Positions 33,949 through 43,419 of a stretch of DNA of 64,000 nucleotides are shown here, piece by piece (within the stretch, counting starts at the first letter, position 1; every line of letters starts with the position of its first letter). Source of the stretch: a virus (lineage: Duplodnaviria; Heunggongvirae; Uroviricota; Caudoviricetes); IMG/VR virus record IMGVR_UViG_2563366825_000011, positions 1-64,000 of that record. One strand, given 5' to 3'. The notes under the pieces were generated by a model. It worked only from the letters and a program-made list of their open reading frames with translations, was not told the origin of the DNA and searched no databases. Both the position numbers and the translations under genes were made by a program.

Positions 33949-36420
33949 ATGAGTAAAGTCTTTATTTGCGCCGCTATTCCTGACGAACTGGCAACAAGGG
34001 AAGAAGGCGCTGTGGCTGTAGCCACAGCCATTGAAGCTGGCGACGAACGCCGTGCTCGAGCAAAATTTCACTGGCAGTTCCTGGAACATTATCCGGCTGC
34101 TCAGGACTGCGCTTATAAATTTATTGTCTGCGAGGATAAACCTGGCATACCCCGCCCTGCCCTCGATTCATGGGATGCTGAATATATGCAGGAAAACCGC
34201 TGGGATGAGGAGTCTGCTTCTTTTGTCCCGGTTGAGACTGAATCCGATCCGATGAACGTCACTTTTGACAAGCTGGCCCCTGAAGTACAGAACGCTGTCA
34301 TGGTTAAGTTCGACACATGTGAAAACATCACCGTTGATATGGTTATTAGCGCACAGGAATTGTTGCAGGAAGACATGGCAACATTCGACGGACATATCGT
34401 TGAAGCGTTGATGAAAATGCCAGAAGTTAACGCCATGTATCCGGAGCTTAAGTTGCACGCCATTGGGTGGGTTAAGCATAAATGTATTCCTGGTGCTAAA
34501 TGGCCCGAAATTCAGGCAGAGATGCGCATCTGGAAAAAACGTCGCGAAGGTGAACGCAAGGAAACCGGAAAATACACATCTGTTGTTGATCTCGCCCGCG
34601 CCAGAGCCAATCAACAGTACACTGAAAATTCAACAGGAAAAATCAGCCCGGTCATTGCTGCCATTCATCGCGAATACAAGCAGACATGGAAAACACTGGA
34701 TGACGAACTGGCCTACGCTCTCTGGCCTGGTGATGTGGATGCCGGAAACATTGACGGCAGCATCCATCGCTGGGCAAAAAAAGAAGTTATCGACAACGAC
34801 CGCGAAGACTGGAAGCGTATCTCGGCATCAATGCGCAAACAGCCTGATGCCCTTCGCTACGACCGCCAAACTATTTTTGGCCTTGTCCGTGAGCGTCCGA
34901 TCGACATTCACAAAGATCCCGTAGCACTGAACAAATATATCTGCGAATACCTGACGACAAAGGGCGTGTTTGAGAATGAAGAAACAGACCTGGGCACTGT
35001 TGATGTTCTCCAGTCATCAGAAACACAAACTGATGCAGTGGAAACTGAGGTATCTGATATCCCAAAAAATGAAACCGCGCCGGAAGCTGAACCATCTGTA
35101 GAGCGTGAGGGGCCGTTCTATTTCCTCTTCGCAGATAAGGACGGAGAAAAATACGGTCGCGCAAACAAACTTTCTGGTCTGGATAAGGCACTGGCTGCTG
35201 GCGCCACTGAAATCACAAAAGAAGAATATTTTGCCCGAAAAAATGGCACATACACGGGCTTACCGCAAAATGTAGATACCGCTGAAGATTCAGAACAACC
35301 AGAGCCGATAAAAGTTACCGCTGACGAAGTAAACAAAATTATGCAGGCAGCCAATATCAGCCAGCCTGACGCCGATAAGTTGCTTGCTGCATCACGTGGT
35401 GAATTTGTTGAAGGGATTAGTGACCCGAATGATCCGAAATGGGTTAAGGGGATCCAGACCCGCGATTCTGTGAACCAGAACCAGCATGAATCGGAACGGA
35501 ACTACCAAAAAGCGGAACAAAACAGTCCAAATGCGTTACAAAACGAGCCAGAAACGAAACAGCCTGAACCAGTGGCGCAACAGGAAGTGGAAAAAGCCTG
35601 CACCGCCTGCGGTCAGACCGGCGGCGGCAACTGCCCTGATTGTGGCGCGGTGATGGGCGACGCAACATACCAAGAAACATTCGATGAAGAGTATCAGGTT
35701 GAAGTTCAGGAAGATGATCCGGAGGAAATGGAAGGCGCTGAACATCCACACAAGGAGAACACTGGCGGCAATCAGCATCACAATAGCGATAATGAAACTG
35801 GCGAGACGGCAGATCACCCAATTAAGGTGAACGGTCATCACGAAATCACATCCACCAGCAGGACGTGTGACCATCTAATGATCGACCTTGAAACCATGGG
35901 AAAAAATCCTGATGCCCCGATCATCTCAATAGGTGCAATATTTTTCGATCCGCAAACCGGAGATATGGGACCGGAATTTAGTAAGACTATCGATCTGGAA
36001 ACTGCTGGCGGAGTCATTGATCGGGACACCATTAAATGGTGGCTTAAGCAATCACGCGAAGCGCAATCTGCCATTATGACCGATGAAATCCCGTTAGATG
36101 ATGCACTGTTACAATTGCGGGAATTTATCGACGAAAACTCCGGTGAATTTTTTGTTCAGGTTTGGGGAAATGGAGCCAACTTCGACAACACGATTTTGCG
36201 CCGTTCATACGAACGGCAGGGGATCCCCTGCCCGTGGCGTTACTACAACGATCGCGATGTACGCACAATCGTTGAGCTGGGGAAAGCCATAGACTTCGAT
36301 GCCAGAACGGCTATTCCATTCGAAGGTGAGCGCCATAATGCACTTGATGACGCCCGTTACCAGGCAAAATACGTTTCAGTTATCTGGCAAAAACTGATCC
36401 CGAGTCAGGCTGATTCTTAA
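33949..36420 (+). CDS. Large early-region protein with C-terminal DEDDh (DnaQ-like) 3'-5' exonuclease domain; Exo VIII/RecE-position protein, probable full-length counterpart of the K-12 ydfE fragment
   Basis: 823-aa ORF; C-terminal motifs IDLETMG (Exo I), WGNGANFD (Exo II), HNALDDARY (Exo III); acidic low-complexity central region with CTACGQ...CPDCG zinc-ribbon-like pair. Confidence 0.6.
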   Translation: MSKVFICAAIPDELATREEGAVAVATAIEAGDERRARAKFHWQFLEHYPAAQDCAYKFIVCEDKPGIPRPALDSWDAEYMQENRWDEESASFVPVETESDPMNVTFDKLAPEVQNAVMVKFDTCENITVDMVISAQELLQEDMATFDGHIVEALMKMPEVNAMYPELKLHAIGWVKHKCIPGAKWPEIQAEMRIWKKRREGERKETGKYTSVVDLARARANQQYTENSTGKISPVIAAIHREYKQTWKTLDDELAYALWPGDVDAGNIDGSIHRWAKKEVIDNDREDWKRISASMRKQPDALRYDRQTIFGLVRERPIDIHKDPVALNKYICEYLTTKGVFENEETDLGTVDVLQSSETQTDAVETEVSDIPKNETAPEAEPSVEREGPFYFLFADKDGEKYGRANKLSGLDKALAAGATEITKEEYFARKNGTYTGLPQNVDTAEDSEQPEPIKVTADEVNKIMQAANISQPDADKLLAASRGEFVEGISDPNDPKWVKGIQTRDSVNQNQHESERNYQKAEQNSPNALQNEPETKQPEPVAQQEVEKACTACGQTGGGNCPDCGAVMGDATYQETFDEEYQVEVQEDDPEEMEGAEHPHKENTGGNQHHNSDNETGETADHPIKVNGHHEITSTSRTCDHLMIDLETMGKNPDAPIISIGAIFFDPQTGDMGPEFSKTIDLETAGGVIDRDTIKWWLKQSREAQSAIMTDEIPLDDALLQLREFIDENSGEFFVQVWGNGANFDNTILRRSYERQGIPCPWRYYNDRDVRTIVELGKAIDFDARTAIPFEGERHNALDDARYQAKYVSVIWQKLIPSQADS

Positions 36421-36492
36421 TGTTCAACTGTCGCCGGTTGTGACTGGTATTCTGCAACCGGCGCTCGTCTGATGTAAGAGATAAAGAAATCG

Positions 36493-36744
36493 ATGAGCGA
36501 AGTAATCATGATTGTCTCTCCCGGCAAATGGGTATCCGAAGAGCAGTTAATTGCGCTGAAAGGAATAAAAAAAGGTACGTTAAAAAAGGCCCGGGAAAAA
36601 TCGTTTATGGAAGGAAGGGAATATAAGCATGTCGCTCATGACGGTATGCCATGGGATAACAGTCCATGCTTTTACAACCTGGAAGAAATTGATCGCTGGA
36701 TTGAGCGCCAGGCATCAGCGAGACCAAGACGTCATCTTACTTGA
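36493..36744 (+). CDS. Putative excisionase-like protein
   Basis: 83-aa basic ORF immediately upstream of the integrase; assignment by position. Confidence 0.45.
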   Translation: MSEVIMIVSPGKWVSEEQLIALKGIKKGTLKKAREKSFMEGREYKHVAHDGMPWDNSPCFYNLEEIDRWIERQASARPRRHLT

Positions 36745-36763
36745 CTAAAAGCCACACTAACTA

Positions 36764-38059
36764 ATGAGAGAAGTTGAAATGAAATATCCGACAGGCGTGG
36801 AAAACCATGGAGGGAAATTACGTATCTGGTTTGTTTATAAAGGCGTAAGAGTCAGGGAAAATCTGGGGGTTCCTGACACAGCAAAAAACAGGCGCGTTGC
36901 AGGTGAACTACGCTCCTCTGTTTGTTACGCAATAAAAACTGGTGTTTTCGACTATGCAAAACAGTTTCCCTCCTCACGCAATCTGGAAAAATTTGGTGAG
37001 GCCCGACAAGATTTAACCATAAAAGAACTGGCTGAAAAATTTCTGGCACTGAAAGAAACTGAAGTCGCCAAAACATCACTCAACACATACCGTGCCGTCA
37101 TCAAAAATATCCTGAGCATAATCGGTGAAAAAAATCTTGCCTCATCGATTAATAAAGAAAAATTACTGGAGGTTCGTAAAGAGCTACTGACTGGATACCA
37201 GATCCCCAAAAGTAACTATATTGTTACACAACCAGGGAGATCGGCTGTAACTGTAAATAATTACATGACAAATCTTAACGCCGTGTTCCAGTTTGGTGTT
37301 GATAACGGTTACCTGGCAGATAATCCGTTTAAGGGGATCTCGCCATTAAAGGAATCAAGAACCATTCCGGATCCTCTTTCGCGGGAGGAATTTATCCGTC
37401 TTATCGATGCGTGCAGAAATCAGCAAGCAAAAAATTTATGGTGTGTTTCTGTTTATACTGGCGTTCGCCCTGGTGAGCTGTGTGCACTTGGATGGGAGGA
37501 CATAGATCTGAAAAATGGAACAATGATGATCAGGAGAAATTTAGCAAAAGACCGTTTCACGGTACCAAAAACACAGGCGGGAACCAATCGGGTCATTCAT
37601 CTTATTAAGCCAGCAATCGACGCTCTCCGGAGTCAGATGACATTAACGAGACTGAGCAAAGAGCATATCATTGATGTTCACCTCAGAGAGTATGGCAGAA
37701 CAGAAAAACAAAAATGCACCTTTGTTTTTCAACCTGAAGTGTCAGCGAGAGTAAAAAATTATGGTGACCATTTTACCGTTGACTCAATAAGGCAGATGTG
37801 GGACGCAGCGATAAAACGTGCCGGACTCCGCCATCGAAAATCATATCAGTCGAGACATACTTATGCCTGCTGGTCGCTGACAGCTGGTGCTAACCCGGCA
37901 TTTATAGCAAACCAGATGGGCCATGCAGATGCGCAAATGGTATTTCAGGTATACGGAAAATGGATGTCTGAAAACAATAATGCACAGGTAGCTTTGTTAA
38001 ATACACAGTTAAGCGAGTTTGCCCCAACCATGCCCCATAACGAATCAATGAAAAATTAA
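36764..38059 (+). CDS. Tyrosine site-specific integrase
   Basis: 431-aa ORF with a C-terminal catalytic region containing conserved R, H and Y residues (GVRPGELCAL..., SRHTYACWSL..., MGHADAQMVFQVYGKW); at the prophage end next to rspB. Confidence 0.85.
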   Translation: MREVEMKYPTGVENHGGKLRIWFVYKGVRVRENLGVPDTAKNRRVAGELRSSVCYAIKTGVFDYAKQFPSSRNLEKFGEARQDLTIKELAEKFLALKETEVAKTSLNTYRAVIKNILSIIGEKNLASSINKEKLLEVRKELLTGYQIPKSNYIVTQPGRSAVTVNNYMTNLNAVFQFGVDNGYLADNPFKGISPLKESRTIPDPLSREEFIRLIDACRNQQAKNLWCVSVYTGVRPGELCALGWEDIDLKNGTMMIRRNLAKDRFTVPKTQAGTNRVIHLIKPAIDALRSQMTLTRLSKEHIIDVHLREYGRTEKQKCTFVFQPEVSARVKNYGDHFTVDSIRQMWDAAIKRAGLRHRKSYQSRHTYACWSLTAGANPAFIANQMGHADAQMVFQVYGKWMSENNNAQVALLNTQLSEFAPTMPHNESMKN

Positions 38060-38246
38060 TTTAATATTTATCAAATAGTTAACACGCATGACTCTTGAAA
38101 TCCATAAATTCAAGCGCAGTGCCCAGCCATCCCGATACTGCTGCTTTCACCAAATCCTTAGTGCTTCTTTCGTGTTTTTCTATTGTCATAATGGTTATCT
38201 CTAAAAAAGAGGTAAGATGCGTACTACTTACTCGCCGTTATTGGTA

Positions 38247-39266
38247 TTATTCAGAAAAAGTGAGTAAGACTTTGCAGCAATGTTTTTGATCCTGTTCAAA
38301 TAAACTAATGGCATCAGCAACATGCTGGAAATCAAACGTATGGGTAATTAATTTTTCTGGTTTAATTAACCCTTTACTTAACCAGTCGATAACGATCGGG
38401 AATTTATTTGCATTTAAGCGTGAAGAGAAAATAGAGAGTTCTTTTCCGGTAATTCCTTGCTGAATCACTTCAGACGGTTCACTGGAGAACCCCATCAATA
38501 CAATACGTGCCGCTGGAGAAGCCAGCGTTACGGCCTCTTTCAGGATAGAAGGATGACAAGCCGCATCGATAATTAATGTCGGCTTGATGCCTTTTTCAGT
38601 GAAAATCTCGCCAAGCGGTGTCTGGCTGTTATTAATCGCCCAGTCAGCCCCGCTCTCTTTCGCTTTTTCCAGTCGTTCATCAATGCGATCGGCAACAATC
38701 ACATTTTTAACGTTATAGACGCCTTTTAATACCTGAACGATCGTCAGGCCGATTGGACCGGCACCATAAACCAGAACGGTATCATTTTCAGTCGGTTGAC
38801 CATGTCCGGTTACGTTAGCCGCAATGGTAAAAGGTTCGATCATTACCGCATATTGATCGGCCACTGCTTCAGGAATTTTCCACGCATTTTTTGCCGGAAC
38901 CACGGCATATTCACTGAAACCACCGTCAGCGTGCACACCTAATACAGCCAGTGTCGTACAAACGTTCGGTTTACCTATAGAGCACGGATAGCAATGCCCA
39001 CAACTGACCACCGGATCGACAGCAACACGTTCACCGACTCTGGCGCTTTCCACGCCTTCACCCACTGCATCAATGACGCCAAAGAATTCATGACCAATGA
39101 CGCGCGGATATTTCGCAAAAGGATTATGCCCACGATAAATATGGCTATCTGAACCACAAATTCCGGCAAGTTTCACTTTTACTCGTACTTCACCCGCTGA
39201 CGGGGTGGGTATTTCACGTTCGACAATCGCCAGTTGATTCGGTTTTTCAATTAATATGCTTTTCAT
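38247..39266 (-). CDS. rspB: Starvation-sensing protein RspB (zinc-type alcohol dehydrogenase family)
   Basis: Start placed at MKSILIEKPNQLAIVEREIPTPSAGEVRVKVK...; MDR Zn-ADH motifs GHEFFG, GAGPIG. Confidence 0.9.
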   Translation of the reverse strand: MKSILIEKPNQLAIVEREIPTPSAGEVRVKVKLAGICGSDSHIYRGHNPFAKYPRVIGHEFFGVIDAVGEGVESARVGERVAVDPVVSCGHCYPCSIGKPNVCTTLAVLGVHADGGFSEYAVVPAKNAWKIPEAVADQYAVMIEPFTIAANVTGHGQPTENDTVLVYGAGPIGLTIVQVLKGVYNVKNVIVADRIDERLEKAKESGADWAINNSQTPLGEIFTEKGIKPTLIIDAACHPSILKEAVTLASPAARIVLMGFSSEPSEVIQQGITGKELSIFSSRLNANKFPIVIDWLSKGLIKPEKLITHTFDFQHVADAISLFEQDQKHCCKVLLTFSE

Positions 39267-39277
39267 TATCTTACTCC

Positions 39278-40492
39278 TTACCAGTTCCACAGCGTGCCAT
39301 CTTCCAGACGTGCGACTGGTAGATAAGCAGGTTCATAGGGATATTTCGCCGCCAGCTTTTCATCGAATTCGATACCAAGACCCGGTTTGTCTCCCGGATG
39401 CATATAGCCGTTATCGAAAGTCCAGTTGTGCGGGAAGACTTCGAGCATTTGTTCGGAATAACCCATGTATTCCTGGACACCGAAATTGGGGACCCACAGA
39501 TCAAAGTGCAGCGCCGCAGCCATGCAGACTGGTGACAAATCGGAAGGACCGTGTGAGCCAGTACGTACCTGATACAGCGAAGCAAAATCGGCAATCCGGC
39601 GCATACCGGTAATTCCGCCTGCATGGGTCAGCGTGGTGCGGATATAATCGATGAGTTGCTCTTCAATCAGTTGTTTGCAGTCCCAGATGCTGTTGAAGAC
39701 TTCACCCACTGCGATGGGTGTGACGGTATGTTGGCGAATGAGACGGAAGCATTCCTGGTTTTCCGCAGGCGTCGGGTCTTCCATCCAGAACATGCGATAA
39801 TCTTCAATGCTTTTACCAAAGCGCGCCGCTTCAATAGGCGTTAAGCGATGGTGCATGTCATGCAGCAAATGTTCATTAAAACCAAACTTGTTACGTACCG
39901 CGTCAAACAATTTCGGCATGAAATCGAGGTATTTCTCCGTCGACCACAGCTGCTCTTCCGGCCACTGTCCTTTGGTTGCGGGTTCATAAGCCAGACCTTT
40001 ACCTTTCGACATGCCGTAGGAGGTTTTCATACCAGGGATTCCGCACTGCACGCGGATGGCTTTGAATCCAAGCTCTTGATGACGGGCATAATCATCCAGA
40101 GCTTCATCAATACTGTGACCGGTGGTATGGCAATAAACCATCACCCCTTCACGAGACGCGCCGCCGAGTAACTGGTAAAGCGGCATGTTGGCAGCTTTGG
40201 CTTTAATATCCCACAGCGCCATATCAACCGCTGAAATGGCCGACATCGTAACCGGACCGCGACGCCAGTAAGCACCTTTATAGAAAAACTGCCAGATATC
40301 TTCGATACGGTGCGCATCGCGACCAATAAGCTGCGGACAAAGGTGATCCTGCAAATAAGAGGCCACGGAAAGCTCACGTCCATTGAGGGTGGCATCCCCA
40401 AGGCCCGTAATACCGTCCTCAGTGGTGATTTTTAATGTGACGAAATTACGCCCCGGACAGGTAACAAAAACTTCAGCCTTTACGATCTTCAT
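39278..40492 (-). CDS. rspA: Starvation-sensing protein RspA (enolase superfamily, mannonate dehydratase-like)
   Basis: Start placed at [40 protein letters not shown]... Confidence 0.9.
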   Translation of the reverse strand: MKIVKAEVFVTCPGRNFVTLKITTEDGITGLGDATLNGRELSVASYLQDHLCPQLIGRDAHRIEDIWQFFYKGAYWRRGPVTMSAISAVDMALWDIKAKAANMPLYQLLGGASREGVMVYCHTTGHSIDEALDDYARHQELGFKAIRVQCGIPGMKTSYGMSKGKGLAYEPATKGQWPEEQLWSTEKYLDFMPKLFDAVRNKFGFNEHLLHDMHHRLTPIEAARFGKSIEDYRMFWMEDPTPAENQECFRLIRQHTVTPIAVGEVFNSIWDCKQLIEEQLIDYIRTTLTHAGGITGMRRIADFASLYQVRTGSHGPSDLSPVCMAAALHFDLWVPNFGVQEYMGYSEQMLEVFPHNWTFDNGYMHPGDKPGLGIEFDEKLAAKYPYEPAYLPVARLEDGTLWNW

Positions 40493-40697
40493 GTTCGATT
40501 CCTTGCATCGCTTGTCGTGATGCATGAAATCTACGCAACTGAGCTACTGCCATACAAGTATAAAGATCGAAAAGAGCCGGAGTGATCACAAAAAAAGGCG
40601 TATATTTGCGCTGTGAATGGTTGACAAAAGATGAAATAGAATACCTTTTGTCAGCTGACACTTCCTCTTATCTTATTGATAAAATGGATTTATGTTC

Positions 40698-41024
40698 CTA
40701 CGTGCGCCCCCAGCCCGCAACAATGATCAACATGCCGCAAAGCGCAATCAACGCACCCGTCCAGTCATAAAGAGTCAGTTTCACGCCATCCACAACGCGC
40801 AGCCACATCAACGCCGTGCAGACATAAACGCCACCATAAGCCGCGTAAACACGCCCACTCGCCGCTGGATGCAACGTTAACAACCAGACAAACAGCGCCA
40901 GTGAAATCCCCGCCGGAAGCAACAGCCAGATACTGGCGTTTCGTTTTAACCACAACCAGGGCAGAAAGCATCCAATAATTTCACACAGCGCAGTAGCAAA
41001 AAATAGTAACGTTGTTTTAATCAT
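40698..41024 (-). CDS. ynfA: UPF0060 inner membrane protein YnfA
   Basis: 108-aa four-TM protein [28 protein letters not shown]... Confidence 0.85.
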
Positions 41025-41158
41025 CTTTGTCTCTTATTGACATCATGTATAGTTATAGGGCGACATAATATCATCAATATAAACACCCTCCTGGTACGTT
41101 TTGCGTCCGCAGTGGATGGTGTAGAATCACCTTTAATCATTCATACAGGGAATGAATT

Positions 41159-41500
41159 ATGAAAATCACTCTCAGCAAACGAATCGGCCTGCTCGCTATT
41201 CTGCTGCCTTGCGCACTGGCATTGAGCACAACTGTTCATGCCGAAACTAACAAACTGGTGATTGAGTCTGGCGACAGTGCACAAAGCCGCCAGCACGCCG
41301 CTATGGAAAAAGAGCAATGGAATGACACGCGCAATCTGCGCCAGAAAGTGAATAAACGCACTGAAAAAGAGTGGGATAAAGCCGACGCCGCTTTTGATAA
41401 CCGCGATAAATGTGAGCAAAGCGCCAACATCAATGCCTACTGGGAGCCCAATACTTTGCGCTGCCTGGACCGTCGAACTGGCCGCGTTATTACCCCCTAA
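41159..41500 (+). CDS. ynfB: UPF0482 secreted protein YnfB
   Basis: 113-aa ORF with signal peptide [28 protein letters not shown]. Confidence 0.85.
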
Positions 41501-41534
41501 CCTGTTATTGATTTAAGGAATGTAAGGACACGTT

Positions 41535-42095
41535 ATGCCAAGCGCCCACAGTGTTAAGCTACGCCCGCTGGAGCGTGAAGATTTACGCTATGTACATCAA
41601 CTCGACAATAACGCCAGTGTGATGCGTTACTGGTTTGAGGAACCCTACGAAGCCTTTGTTGAACTCTCTGATCTGTATGATAAGCATATTCACGATCAGA
41701 GCGAACGGCGCTTTGTGGTGGAATGTGACGGCGAAAAAGCCGGTCTGGTGGAGCTGGTGGAAATTAACCATGTTCATCGCCGCGCAGAATTTCAGATAAT
41801 TATCTCCCCGGAGTATCAGGGGAAAGGTCTGGCAACCCGTGCCGCCAAATTAGCAATGGACTATGGCTTTACCGTTCTCAATCTCTATAAGCTGTATCTG
41901 ATCGTTGATAAAGAGAATGAAAAAGCGATTCACATTTACCGCAAGCTTGGCTTTTCGGTTGAAGGTGAATTGATGCACGAGTTCTTTATTAATGGTCAAT
42001 ATCGTAATGCCATTCGCATGTGTATATTCCAGCATCAGTATCTGGCAGAGCACAAAACACCGGGGCAGACTCTCCTGAAGCCGACCGCACAATAG
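41535..42095 (+). CDS. speG: Spermidine N1-acetyltransferase SpeG (GNAT)
   Basis: 186-aa [41 protein letters not shown]... Confidence 0.9.
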   Translation: MPSAHSVKLRPLEREDLRYVHQLDNNASVMRYWFEEPYEAFVELSDLYDKHIHDQSERRFVVECDGEKAGLVELVEINHVHRRAEFQIIISPEYQGKGLATRAAKLAMDYGFTVLNLYKLYLIVDKENEKAIHIYRKLGFSVEGELMHEFFINGQYRNAIRMCIFQHQYLAEHKTPGQTLLKPTAQ

Positions 42096-42097
42096 CA

Positions 42098-42808
42098 TTA
42101 ATAATAATCGATCGTATTTTTGATGGTGTAAACCCGTTCGACGGCGGGTTTTACTCCTTCATCAACAATGATTAGCTGACAGTCCACCGGATTAGCGTGA
42201 CTGTCATATTCACAGCTCTGTTTTACATTACCAACCCGTTGATTATTCAGTAAAGTAACCGCTGTGTAATCTAATTTTTTGATCGGATCCGTTGATGGCG
42301 TGGCGCTGACAGATAATGTTTTGTCGTTACTTTTCGTGGTTTTACCCAGCGGATAACCCTGATCATCATAGCGATATTCCATCTGCATTTGTTTGCTGCT
42401 GGCTTTAATCACGAAGCCATTATCATCGGTTTCCCAACTCACCCCGGCAGAAGGTAATTCTGCTAGCTGGCATTTTCCCTGTAAACGTACTCTCTTCTCC
42501 AGCGTCTCGGCATCACGGTAATAATTGGCGTCCAGTACCAGAGCGACCACGGTATTATTTTCCAGATCCAGTAATTCGAGTGAATCAAAACAGCCTTCTT
42601 CCGACAAAGTCCCAGAAACACGTTTCGTCACTTCACCTTGCTCATCCATTAATGTCTGAGTGAAATCTTTTACCGGACCACGCAGCGGATCAAAATCGAA
42701 TTCATTAGAGAAACTGGCCATCTCAGGGGTAAATGAAAGTGTTACCTCTGTGCGGTCACATCCTGTGAGGAATATCGCGAGTAAGCATGGTAGTAATTTG
42801 TATTTCAC
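42098..42808 (-). CDS. ynfC: UPF0257 lipoprotein YnfC
   Basis: ORF 42098-42844 with probable GTG start giving (V)KYKLLPCLLAIFLTGCDR lipoprotein signal. Confidence 0.8.
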   Translation of the reverse strand: MKYKLLPCLLAIFLTGCDRTEVTLSFTPEMASFSNEFDFDPLRGPVKDFTQTLMDEQGEVTKRVSGTLSEEGCFDSLELLDLENNTVVALVLDANYYRDAETLEKRVRLQGKCQLAELPSAGVSWETDDNGFVIKASSKQMQMEYRYDDQGYPLGKTTKSNDKTLSVSATPSTDPIKKLDYTAVTLLNNQRVGNVKQSCEYDSHANPVDCQLIIVDEGVKPAVERVYTIKNTIDYY

Positions 42809-42915
42809 AACAGTCACCAGAGAGTAGAGATGATTCTCAATCATAGTAGCAAATACAGTACTTTACACGTTAAATGCTATGCTTAAAGAAGTTATCTTCG
42901 CGTAAGGAGCTTATG

Positions 42916-43221
42916 ATGAAACTCTCAACCTGCTGTGCCGCACTTCTGCTCGCCCTCGCCTCACCCGCGGTACTCGCCGCGCCGGGATCCTGTGAGCGCA
43001 TACAGAGCGATATATCACAGCGCATTATCAATAATGGCGTACCCGAAAGCAGCTTCACGTTAAGTATTGTACCCAATGACCAGGTTGATCAGCCTGATTC
43101 CCAGGTCGTCGGCCATTGCGCTAATGATACGCATAAAATTCTCTATACCCGCACCACCAGCGGTAACGTCTCTGCTCCCGCGCAGTCTAGCCAGGATGGC
43201 GCGCCTGCCGAACCGCAGTAA
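42916..43221 (+). CDS. ynfD: Secreted protein YnfD (DUF1161)
   Basis: Start placed at MKLSTCCAALLLALASPAVLA...; ~101 aa. Confidence 0.8.
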   Translation: MKLSTCCAALLLALASPAVLAAPGSCERIQSDISQRIINNGVPESSFTLSIVPNDQVDQPDSQVVGHCANDTHKILYTRTTSGNVSAPAQSSQDGAPAEPQ

Positions 43222-43419
43222 CACATTATCGACTGAACGCCGGATATGACAAATCCGGCGATTTGAACATACAACATAATCCCACCTTATTACTCATACC
43301 CTTCTATTGATATGGATTAATAATTCTTAACCCAAAATGGGTAGACTCCCTCTATTGTTAGCGCGCTAAATATTCAATATATAAACTTTTATATAACGAT
43401 AAAGAACAGGGAGTGAGTT

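Noticed and set aside
34031-34614. Several ORFs on both strands within the 823-aa exonuclease-like gene
   Set aside because: Nested or antisense to a long ORF that carries conserved exonuclease motifs
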